From the NCBI GenBank assembly GCA_964270895.1, contig OZ185435.1: DNA of 64,000 nucleotides; one strand, given 5' to 3'. Within the stretch, counting starts at the first letter, position 1, and every line of letters starts with the position of its first letter. Positions 13,176 to 23,858 of the stretch are shown piece after piece. The position numbers were made by a program, and so were the translations under genes. Source of the stretch: Podarcis filfolensis (Eukaryota). A model generated the notes under the pieces. It had not been told where the DNA came from and did not search any database. It was given only the letters and a program-made list of their open reading frames with translations.

Positions 13176-13193
13176 AAGAAGCTCAGGAAGAAG
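13176..13193 (+). CDS. TNNT3: TNNT3 exon 5-like copy B, 18-nt cassette (EEAQEE)
   Basis: long pyrimidine tract + cctccag|AA GAA GCT CAG GAA GAA G|gtacgt. Confidence 0.85.
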
Positions 13194-15249
13194 GTACGTG
13201 TTGAGGCATCTCGGTTCTGACCATTTAAATAGAAGTTGGAGCACTGCATTTCTTAAGGCTGTGGAAGAGAAGGTGTAATTATAGTACTGTCCTTGCTAAT
13301 TGAATGCAAAAGGGCACTGACTATAGGCACTGACTATATCTAAATAGACCCTTCGAAAAATGTACAGCCACTGACACGCCCTAAGCCATCTGTGCATGGT
13401 GCTTGATTTTCTATTGACTTCAGCTGAATTACCTATGGCATAAGAGACTGGGTAGTTGGAATGAATGGGATATTATGTAGGTGGCTCAGACTTCCGTTCC
13501 ACAGCCCTGCCTTGGAGCAAGCAACTATATCCTTTGGTGTGTGTTGCTGCTAATTCCAATATAATGGCTTCTCTCCTACCCTCACAGAGAAATTAAGGCA
13601 GAAGAATACAATTGGGAAAACATTGCATTGGAATTCAAAATCCACATCTGCTTTTCTTTCTAGCACAACAGCTTCCATATGTGCTTATGGGGTGAAAATA
13701 TGTAGTCAAAATCAACTCTTAAAAGTTGGTATTATTTATTAGTATTAATAAGGCAAGATTTAGGATTAGCTGCTTGATGAAAGCCCACATGAGCCTTCAG
13801 CAAAATGCAGCCCAAACATTGAACTCATAAATATGAACTCATACAGATGACCAAATTAGCCTGGCATGAGATTAGTTGCCTGGCATAGCTTCCTTCCTTC
13901 AATGAAGGAAGACTTTACCACAATTCTGTGCAGATATGAGGGGGGAAATGTGGTGAAATTGACAAACGTTCTACCCTAATCTACAGAACTCCCTGTTGAA
14001 TTTGCCCTGCTGTGTTGCTTAATATCATCCTATACTTGTGTAAGATTCGTTCTGTCTGCTTGAGTACATATACGCCTTTAATTCAGCTCCAAAGCTTTAG
14101 TTTGGCTCTTTAAAGAAAAGTAAGGAACGGTTATACTGCTTTTAATGCCCTCTTGAGACTTGATGTCTGCAGCCATGATTCAATTCAGGATTTAGTGGAA
14201 TAGAGAGTAAATTTGTTTCCGCGCTCCTGCTTCTTCCTGAATTGACAATGCATTGCACTGGCCTCAGGCTGATCCACCCATTACCCAGAAGTCTGTGCTG
14301 CAGTCCCATGCCGAAGAATTCATACAATAGACAAGCATGGCAAGATGTGAATGCATATTCCCAACATGTGCCTGCCTGCTGACAACAGCAGCACTGGCAC
14401 TAGCTTGCCTCACATAGTTCCACAACAGGTTTTTGAGCACCGGTTCTTCATGGCCTTCTTCGTCCTGCCCTGTTTAAATGGCTGAAAGGGTCAGAAGCAA
14501 CCTAAACTTTGTGCTGTTTTGGCCCTGTAAGCATATTCAGGGCTTAACCACATGTGGTGCTAACAATGTGATTAGGAATAAAATTGAGAAACCGCATTGC
14601 CTCCTAGTACTTGCTATTAGTGAATGAAACCAGTGCGTCTACTATCTGCTGGCGAGGCTCAAGGGAGAAATATGCACATGACATCTTCTCTGTTTCTGGC
14701 TGGGAGCTGCAGCATGCAAGCCAAACCATAGGTAGTGTTTCTAGAATAGGCAGGTAGCTTTCCTTGTTGGGGATACAAAGGAGCCGACTGGAAATCCAGT
14801 TGTGCCTATTTTGCTTGCCATATTGATGTCACTACAGTCCTCCATGCCATCTGCAAGGACAAAGTATGTGGTGACAGAGAATGGCACAGGCCGAGGCACA
14901 CTTTGATTGTGGGGCTGGGTGGTCTCTGTGAGTTTGTTCCTGAAGTATGTAGATGTGCCCCAGAAGGAAAGGAACAGTTTCATAAACAAAGTGATTCTTG
15001 GCTTACAATTCATTTGCAGTCTGAACTCTTTACATTTCCTATTCCGCATTTGCATGAGCTGCATTTGTCTATGTGCATTTCACCATCCCTGTCTTAACTG
15101 CATTAATTTGCTTTCCTATAATGAGCTGACTTACTTATCAACACTGTCTTGAATTACTTTAAGCCTCTTGTAATCGTGCTGTCCTTTTTCTAATATTCTT
15201 GTTTTCTATTGCCTCAATCTTGTTCCATGATACTTCCCACCTGGTGAAG

Positions 15250-15261
15250 TTCATGAACCAG
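15250..15261 (+). CDS. TNNT3: TNNT3 exon 7-like microexon copy 1, 12 nt (VHEP)
   Basis: ggtgaag|TT CAT GAA CCA G|gtatgt; first AG after an AG-free pyrimidine-rich stretch 15164-15247. Confidence 0.75.
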
Positions 15262-15493
15262 GTATGTGACTTGACTTCTGAATTCTTCTCTTTCCATCTC
15301 ATATCAGTGTGTGCAAGAATTTGAAAGTGATGGAAGAGAACAGGAGAGCAACACATTACCTTAATATCTATGTTGGTTTCCCTGGAGACAATCTCTCTTT
15401 CCCTCTATCTCATTTTCATTAACAAATGGTGATATTTATTGTGCAGTGAAACCTTGTCATATAGGACAGACACTCAACATATATGATCTAGAG

Positions 15494-15746
15494 CAGGGGT
15501 CAGCAACCTTTTTCAGCAGGGGGCTGGTCCACTGTCCCTCAGACCTTGTGGGGGGCTGGACTATATTTTTGGGGTGGGGGGAATGAACAAATTCCTATAC
15601 TCTGCAAATAACCCAGAGATGCATTTTAAATAAAAGGACACATTCAACTCATGTAGAAACACGCTGATTCCTGGGCTGTCCACGCGCCGGATTTAGAAGG
15701 TGATTGGGCCGGATCCGGCCCCCAGGCCTTAGTTTGCCTACCCATG
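15494..15746. mobile_element. hAT-type MITE
   Basis: CAGGGGTCAGCAA...TTTGCCTACCCATG ends; flanked by degenerate 8-bp duplication ATCTAGAG/ATCAAGGG. Confidence 0.7.
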
Positions 15747-15754
15747 ATCAAGGG

Positions 15755-15892
15755 CAGTGGTTCTCAACCTGTGGGTCCCCAGATGTTGTTGGACTACAAC
15801 TCCCATCATCCCTGAGCTCTGGCCTTGCTACCTAAAGGTGATGGGAGTTGTAGTTCAACAACATCTGGAGACCCACAGGTTGAGAAAGGCTG
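15755..15892. mobile_element. Palindromic hAT-type MITE
   Basis: CAGTGGTTCTCAACCTGTGGGTCCCCAGATGTTGTTGGACTACAACTCCCATCA with inverted counterpart; flanks ATCAAGGG/ATCTAGGG. Confidence 0.8.
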
Positions 15893-17185
15893 ATCTAGGG
15901 TTTATCCATTCACTGCAGTGCTCTTGTGGATATAAGCCAACTGAGACTCTGCTAAGAACACGGTGAAGCACAGGATTACTAGCTGCACAACACTTTAGAC
16001 ATTCCCAGGGAAATACCTTTATATAGTATTTGGTTAGTGTACCCATCTCTATGATCCAAGCATTCCCCTAATTGCTAGCCTTCCTTCATATTTTTATAGG
16101 ACTACCTTTTGCCTTTCCCTACACATGTTCCAAAAGACTGGGAAAATTAAAATGCCCTCTTTAGTCTACTTTCTTTTCATTCCCTGGATAAGCTGTAGCA
16201 TATAAGTTTGCTCACACTGTCCACCAGTAGCTGATGGACTTTGGTGGAACCCTTCATAGACAACTAGAAGCAGGTCTGAGGTCATTGGGGGGGCAAGTGG
16301 GGAGGCGGGAGGCTGAGAGAATCATCACAGGAGCTGCTGAAGCCCCTTCAAAGTACAAAGGGGCAGGCTATCTTGTCCTCTTCTCCTGCAAATTTGCCCA
16401 GCACTTCCACATGCTTGCCTCTCTAAAAAAAGGTGAGAACTTATGTAAAGTCCAGTCCAGACGACACAAGTAATTCATCGCTGACATCCTTAAAAAAAAC
16501 GGTATAGTTTATCTGATTCTTAAGGGCTTCGGTTTTCTGAAGCACTTGGCAAAATAAAATAAAATAATTGCTCTTCCACAGATGAAGTTCACAACAGACA
16601 TGAATCCTTGTGCGTTATGAATAGTGCATTTGTGTTTTTTTTTTAATAATTGGAAAACCATGTCATGTTTATTAAATTGTGAGCCTGCAGGCAGGGATCT
16701 GCTTGTTTTTATAACTGTACAATGGCTAGTATAGTATAGGCATTTTTATAAATATTAAATAGTTGTGTTGTTTTTACACCTAACAATAGCAGGTGTACTA
16801 TGGTTAGATTCACATATGCACACAGACGCACAGACACAACAGCCATGGTCCATATCAGAAGGATATATAGCTTTTAGGAAGTGCTGCTTCCTATGCTACT
16901 TTTCTGAAATGGAGAAATACGATCCATGCTCAGAAAAGCAACATGTGAAGTGATCCTCAATTCCATGTATGCAGACAATATGTGCATATTTCATATTCCA
17001 CATGTGCAAATCACCATAGGGTGATATCCAACTAAGCCATGTTCAGAGCAGACCCATTAAAAACAATGGCTTAAGTGCATTGATTTCATTCGGTCTGTTC
17101 TGAGTAGCTGGCTATCATCCCTACGTACTTAAGAAAAGTACAAATAGATTCCAAGGGTTTCTATTCACATTTGTAAATCAACTTA

Positions 17186-17284
17186 GGCTGCAATCCTATA
17201 CCTACCTACCTACCTACCTGGGAGTAAGCTCAATTGAACTCAATGGGGCTTACTTCTGAGTAAGCATGTACAGGACTGCACTGT
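17186..17284. mobile_element. Short palindromic MITE-like element
   Basis: GGCTGCAATCCTATAC...GGGAGTAAGCTCAATTGAACTCAATGGGGCTTACTTCTGAGTAAGCATGTACAGGACTGCA; related decayed copies near 7395, 17024, 23005, 26860 and 37330. Confidence 0.55.
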
Positions 17285-17528
17285 TTAATATTATACAAGA
17301 GACCCCATGTTAATTTGCCTGTCTCTCCACCTCTTTTCCTTCTTTTCCCATTCATGTTTGTCTCCTTTTTTATTTTAAACAGGTCATTAATTTGTGTTCC
17401 CCTTTAATCCCCTTTAATCAATTACTTATTTCAACCTTGACTTGCAAGAGTCAAAGGTTGCAGTCACCCTGTATTTATTACTTGTCTTGTCTTCCTTTTT
17501 CTCTAATGGCACGCCCCACCTCACGAAG

Positions 17529-17540
17529 TCCATGAACCAG
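17529..17540 (+). CDS. TNNT3: TNNT3 exon 7-like microexon copy 2, 12 nt (VHEP)
   Basis: cacgaag|TC CAT GAA CCA G|gtatgt; AG-free stretch 17464-17526. Confidence 0.75.
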
Positions 17541-19000
17541 GTATGTGACATGACTTCTGAATTCCACTGATTATCTGAAAGGGTGATGTGTACAGGAATT
17601 CAAAGGTGGAGCAAGGAAACAGGAGATAACAGTTTCAATAACTCTTAACACTTGCTTGATTTTAATTTCTTTTCCTGCAACCTTCTTGATCAAAAATAAT
17701 GCATTTTCCCATCCTTCACTTGTAAGTATCTGGGAGAAAGAAAACATTTGCAGGCGCTTGAAATAGAAAAGGCAGAAAAGACATAGGGTTTTCTTAAATG
17801 GGCAGCTAGTGGGGGCAGAATCAGGGAAGATCTGAGTCCTCTTCATGCATTATGATGAGCACAGGTAGAGGGGGGAGCAGGATCCCACCCACTGTCTTTC
17901 CTTCAATACAACACACAACTAACTTAAGTCCCACGGATTTAATCTAAGTCTGGATCCAACCTATTGGCCATTTCACAAGTCATGCTGAAAGTGCTCCTCC
18001 CTCAACACGTTTTCATTGTAACGGGTGAAGAGAGCTAGAGACTAGAGTTCCTTTTAAATGGCTTCAGTTTATTAAACTGTAATGACTTTGTGTAGACAAA
18101 AGCTACTATGGATAAGCTGCTGTATTCATGAGTGAATATTCTTTGTAAAAGGGCATGGTCGCAAAGATCCATTTTTTGGTTTTGGAATTCTGCATGTATA
18201 GCTTTGTTCTCCCCAGAGATGCAGATGGAATCAGAGTTGGTTTCCATCTTTGGGAGTGGAATGGAAGCCACTGATGTGCAAAGAACCTAACCACATGACA
18301 GATCAAATTTATTCTTGTAACAAGAATAGATTTAAATCGAACCTTTGCTAGATAACCATGGAACTTCCTTGCTTTCTTGCACGTCTAGGTACTAAAATGT
18401 TACAATGAAGATCATAGCTACCCTGAAATTGACTGCAGCTTTTTCTTACTATTCAAAATATGAAAGCTTACCATGGTGCAAATTGCCATGAACAAAGTAT
18501 GCAGATGTAAATTTCGGACCATACATGTGGTTCTAAAATGGGCTGATGAGACTATCTACCCAGAAACAGAAATAAGTGTGCTCATTTCTGGTTTTGTGGA
18601 GATGGTCCCATGCAAGCTCTTTAGAACTGCTGCACTCCAGATGAATGGGATGATACTTGCATTTCTTCTGGATCAGCCAAGAAAACATTTTTGTAAAGCA
18701 TAATGGTGAACTCCTCTTGGCCCGGGCTATGCTGACAAGTGAATGACAAAACGTGTGGCATTTTTCTATGTGCCTTTTTATCTGGTATTTGCCATTCACC
18801 TTCATTGATTCCCCAGTGGGCTGCTTTCATGTGATTTTTTCAATGTTATTAATTTTCTTTCCCTCAACTCCCCTCCCCCTCCCCCACCCCTCTTGAAGCT
18901 CATAGAAGCACCCAAAGACCTTGTAATAACATGTTCCTCTTGTTTCCGTTCTCTCGCTGTCCGTTACATCTTGTTCCATGACACTTCTCCCCTGATGAAG

Positions 19001-19012
19001 TTCATGAGCCAG
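19001..19012 (+). CDS. TNNT3: TNNT3 exon 7-like microexon copy 3, 12 nt (VHEP)
   Basis: gatgaag|TT CAT GAG CCA G|gtatgc; AG-free stretch 18918-18998. Confidence 0.75.
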
Positions 19013-19395
19013 GTATGCGACACGACTTCCACATTCGTATGTTGATTCTGATATGTTCACAGAATGTACATAATGTCTTTGAATGGGATGTTGGAAGAGA
19101 AGAAACAAGATAAAAAAGATTAACAAACTGTCACTTACAGACTAGTGGGTTGTTTTTTGAATGCTCCACACTTATACCAGCAATAACCTAGTTTTTCCCT
19201 CCCTCCCCACATTCCTACAGCTTCCCTCAGTGTCTCTTCTGCACTAGATGTTTATATTTAACCAGTATTCTTCTATTCCCTTTTACCCATTCCTTGATCA
19301 CCTGATGAAGCTCAAGAGTGCTTACATGCATATTCTTTCTTCCTTTATTCTCTCCTTCCCATCACTGCTTGCTTCCACTTTGACACCTCCGGCAG

Positions 19396-19407
19396 AAGTC
19401 CAAGAAG
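19396..19407 (+). CDS. TNNT3: TNNT3 exon 8-like microexon, 12 nt (EVQE)
   Basis: long pyrimidine tract + ccggcag|AA GTC CAA GAA G|gtatgt; mammalian exon 8 encodes EEVQE. Confidence 0.8.
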
Positions 19408-21289
19408 GTATGTGCTTTCCACTTAAGGAACTGTTTGTCTTCCTTTTCTCCTCTAGGGCGGTGCAGAATAGCGTTTGAAGCTTTGCAGCGCATTCTGATG
19501 CATGTTTACTTGGAAGTAAGGGTGCTGTCAGACGGTTGCTATTTTTTGGTGGGATTCAGTCAAATTCAGGCTGCAAAACTGTAGTTGATTGGAAGGTCTT
19601 GCGCAATGAACACGCTTCTCCAAAAGATCAGATTTATGGTTATAAGCAAAGGGACGGGACAATGCACTGAGAAGTGTGGGATGACACTTGCTTTAACGTA
19701 AGGTCATCTCATCTGCCTGGCAACAAATTCTACGGGAATGATGGTTAAATAGCCAGCATTGTCTAATCTCCCTGCAAACCGATCAGGGTGAAAATGTTCA
19801 ATAAACATACAGTATTGCCTGGAAGTCTACTTCATCACACTGTTTTCAGTGGCCCTTACTCCTAGGGAAAGTGTGCATAGGATTGCAACCTTAGGTTTCA
19901 TGAATAGAATATCATTTATTACGGCCATAGGCCCATACAGGTAAAAACAACACATACATAACAGCTTGTGCCGTAAGGAGAAAAAAAAGCAATCGCTAAA
20001 ACACCACTATAACAATAAAATACTATAAAATGGAAAGGCATACTATAAAATGGAAAGGCATACTTTCCATGTAGTGAGGAAGGATGGGCATAGGATTCCT
20101 TGCATAGGAGTTTTCTTTGCAGATTTTCACAGAAGGTTCCAGATATGCACACGCACTTTCAATTCAATCTACCTCACAGGTTTGTTGCGAATATAAAACC
20201 TAGATTGCCTTGAACAGCCTTTGAGGAAAGGTGGGATGTACATGGAATTGAATACAAAATGGAAAGTTTCCATTAGTAAATCTTTACAATATGAAAAGGG
20301 GCCTTAGATGTTCAAACTGAAGAGTGCCACCCTAGTTTTTTGAAAGAGATTTTCACCTGCTGTACCTTAATACTAGAGGATATTATGCTTCTGAAAGGCA
20401 TCCTTACTTTCAGAGGGTTAATATTAATGCATTATGGGATGGTGAAGTTTTAGAAGGCCAGAAGGATCATGAAGAAAGGCAAGAGGGTTTACTAGTGGCT
20501 GTTGAAGTTTCCACTAACTCATGCATTTGTTGGATGACATTAGTCATCAGGGCTGGTCATAGACTGAATTCTGCCCCAGCCAAAGAGTGGCCTTGGCCTC
20601 CCCCTTCTGTTTGTTCAGCTTTTGATCACCTTACTTAAGATATCATTTGCAGCAGTGCTTTTTTAAAAAAAATGTTTAGCATACCGCTAAACATTTTGTG
20701 AATCTAAGTTTGGCCTCATTGAGGGGCAGTATTTCAGTATGAGTAGGAAATGAGAGTACCCATAAACATTTTTTTTTAGAAAAAGGAGCACTGATTTGCA
20801 GCCTATTTAGCTTTAATGCACAGTTTGCATATAGGATCTCTATCTTTGGCATATAAGTTGACAAATTCAAACATTAGGATCTGTAAATATGAACTGTATA
20901 TATATTTTCTTTCAGCTACTGAGCACATGGTTTGTTTACTTAATGCATTTCTACCCCATCTTACAGGCTGCAGTACCCTTGCAGGAAAACATTGGAGCGC
21001 ATACAACACCAAAACCACAATAATACTATGAAATACATTTTCAAAAATCAGTAAAAGTTAAAAATTTCCCCAAACAGCAAATTAGCCAGCCACAGACCTC
21101 TTGTTACTTTGTATGATTGCCACTCACATCCATTTCTGGAAGTTATATATTCAACAAAATGTAAGGATGACGATGTTGATAACAACAACAACAACAACAA
21201 CTATTATTATTATTATTATTTATATGCCACCCATCTGACTGGGTTGCATATCTGAAAGACTGTCTCCTGCCCTACAGACCCTCTTGGAC

Positions 21290-21452
21290 GTTAAGATTGG
21301 AAGGAAGGGCTTTCTTGGTCATTCCACAACCCTCCAGATTTTGGGAGGTTGCAGTGGCCTGGGAGAAGACATTCTCTGTGGTGGTCCCTAAGCTGTGGAA
21401 CTCCCTTCCCACAGAGGTGTCCCTGACACCTTCATTATATCGTTTTTGCTGT
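21290..21452 (+). mobile_element. L2 LINE 3' fragment
   Basis: Translates KTFSVVVPKLWNSLPTEV, the L2 C-terminal RAFSxxAPxLWNxLP motif; followed by (CAT)9 at 21466-21492. Confidence 0.7.
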
Positions 21453-21840
21453 ACGATGGAGATGTCATCATCATCATCATCATCATCATCATTATAAAAC
21501 AAGCTGTTCCCTGCTACAAGGACCTTACAGTCTACACAGTAAACATGGCATTTGTCCACCCAAGAAGCCAACAGGACTGCTTGGGTGGAGAAAAATATGT
21601 CTTGTATGTATGACCTGGCCCTCAGAAATTGACATTTTTTGACAGTCCCTATCGCCTATTTCAGTCATAGGACACAATGTATTGCTCTTCTTTCTTTCAA
21701 CTGCACAGGAAGAACAAGTGGTTTTTAGAAACTGGAAAGTAGAGAGGGGAGAGACAAATAAGGGTGTTGTGAAAAATAGGAGGAGGAAAATTGGAGCATG
21801 TTGACCCAGTTCCTTTCTTTCCTTTGCCTTTCATCTGCAG

Positions 21841-21867
21841 CTGGAGCCGAAGGAGAATATTGTGATG
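21841..21867 (+). CDS. TNNT3: Candidate TNNT3 cassette exon, 27 nt (AGAEGEYCD), at the position of the mammalian fetal exon
   Basis: tcctttctttcctttgcctttcatctgcag|CT GGA GCC GAA GGA GAA TAT TGT GAT G|gtattt; phase 1-1, frame-preserving, acidic; donor only moderate. Confidence 0.5.
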
Positions 21868-23261
21868 GTATTTTGGTGACATTTGGAGATCGCACACTGT
21901 CTTTTCTAACACCTTTCCCCCGCCTTTCTGCTTCTAATCCTCACCCACTGTAAAACCAGGAACTGGGCCAAATCATCACAGTTGCAAATGTACAACCTTT
22001 CATGCCTCCGTACTGCTAAGAGATAAAAGTCTTAAGCCGTCAGCAACCCCTCCTCTTCCCCCAATCTGTTGTCATTCCCAGCAGAAGTAAAATAGCATTG
22101 ATTTAAGTCCAAACAACTGCAAGACATGTCTTTAGAGGGGTCCCTTTGCATATACTGTGCAGGCTTCTAAAAAAATATATATAAAAAATCAATAGCATCT
22201 GGTGGCAGATGGACAATTATCAGGATTGCAGTAGATGAGGAGGGGAATTTAATCCTTTCCTCTCCTGCTGTGGTCCTTAGAAAAAAATCCTCTTCTGAAG
22301 GGATTTACTTTGGGATGAAATCCCCCACAGTTTGGCCCCCATTCAGGCTGTTAATGGGGTCTTCTCATAGTGATTTGAGGTTTTAGAGTAGAGACCAAAA
22401 AGGACCTTGGGACAGAAAAACAACATTCCTTACTGATGTGTTTTGATCCTTTCTAGATTTCAGATTCTGAAGGGAGAGTGTAAACTGTTCTTTACATGAG
22501 ATTACTTCAATTCCCTCTCCCCTTTTAAAATCTCATGCTTACTTTCCAGCTTTCTTTCTCTTTATTTCCAAGCAGAGCACTGAAGGACTCTTTTTCTTTT
22601 GGCAGGATCATTTTAGGGATTTATGCCTTGTATCTCTTGTTTGTAAGAACCAGAACAATCTGAACCTCAGATAAAGTGAGGGGCAATTGAAGAAAGGGTT
22701 TTGCCATGATGATTGGGTTTGTTTATTTTATCCAGTTCCTTAAAGAAGAAGAAGAAAAGCTATCTTGAAGATACAACAGTAACCTTGAGACTAGTCTCTG
22801 TGCACACACTACATCTTGTTTTGTCACGTGTTTTCTGTTAATTAAAAAAGAAAGAAAGTAGAATAGACTTTTTGTTTTTTGTTTTACCCTTATCCTGAAA
22901 GTACAGAAATGTTACTTTTTATTCCAGGATCAGAAAACTAACCTTTTTAAAACTACATGTTCATGGAATTATTCCTGTATAATCAACAGATGCTCAGACC
23001 TATGGGGTGATATTCCACTTTAGCCATACTCAGGGAAGAATGGACTTCAGAAACTAAAGTCCATTGATTTCAGTAGATCTTCTCTGAGTTTGGCTTAGTT
23101 GGATATCACATGGGGTGGTTATATTGGCCAATGGCACATGTATTTCAAAGCCAGTTGTGAGGAACAGATGAACAATAAAAATATAAATATGTGATGACAT
23201 TCTTGTAATCTGTTCAGATATGGTGAAATAGGAATATATATGGCACAAGGAAGGAATGAGG

Positions 23262-23389
23262 AACCATTGACCCTCCAGATGTTTTTGGATCCCAGTTCCC
23301 AGTAGCTGCAGTCAGCCTGGGTAGTGGTCAGGAATGATGGAAGTAATCGTCTAGCAAGATCTGGAAGGTCACAAGTTCCCCACTCCTGA
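23262..23389. mobile_element. Decayed palindromic hAT-type MITE
   Basis: CCTCCAGATGTTTTTGG...AGATCTGGAAGGTCACAAGTTCCCC; further copies near 24928, 25570, 29670, 37213, 37449 and 55660. Confidence 0.55.
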
Positions 23390-23612
23390 TGAAAGGGAGT
23401 TGAGGCAAACAGGACTTAGTGGGTCTCTGAATAACATCCATGAAATATTGTTTGGTGTGATTTGTATTCTGTTCCTTAGGTTTTAAAAAAGCTATTTCAG
23501 ATCAAAAAGCTCACTGCTTACCACATGAGAAATATAAAGGCCTCTAAAAAAATTACACTTCTCATATATCAACTTCACTGAGAACATCCTCCTATTCACA
23601 TTTTATGTAGCA

Positions 23613-23858
23613 GTAAAGGTAAAGGGACCCCTGACCGTTAGGTCCAGTTGCGGGCGACTCTGGGGTTGTGGTGCTCATCTCGCTTTACTGGCTGAGGGAG
23701 CCAGCGTACAGCTTTTGGGTCATGTGGCCAGCATGACTAAGCCACTTCTGGCGAACCAGAGCAGCGCACAGAAATGCCATTTACCTTCCCGCCACGGCAG
23801 TACCTATTTATCTACTTGTACTTTGTCGTACTTTCAAACTGCTAGGTTGGCAGGAGCT
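23613..23858 (-). mobile_element. Sauria SINE (partial)
   Basis: GTAAAGGTAAAGGGACCCCTGACC...GGGTCATGTGGCCAGCATGAC...GCTAGGTTGGCAGGAGCT; (ACCTTT)n tail on the minus strand. Confidence 0.85.

Noticed and set aside
15223-15240. TTCCATGAT...AC resembling a U12 branch site and an AC acceptor
   Set aside because: No U12-type donor (RTATCCTT) at any upstream exon, and copy 3 lacks the AC.
19302-19330. CTGATGA (also at 18992) as a hammerhead ribozyme core
   Set aside because: No GAAA after a stem II; explained by the microexon acceptor paralogy.
20454-20486. 33-nt in-frame purine-rich segment (EGQKDHEERQE)
   Set aside because: No pyrimidine tract and a poor donor (gtttac).
21709-21720. gcacag|GAAGAACAAGTG, 12 nt
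   Set aside because: In the required phase it reads GRTS, and the donor gttttt is very weak.
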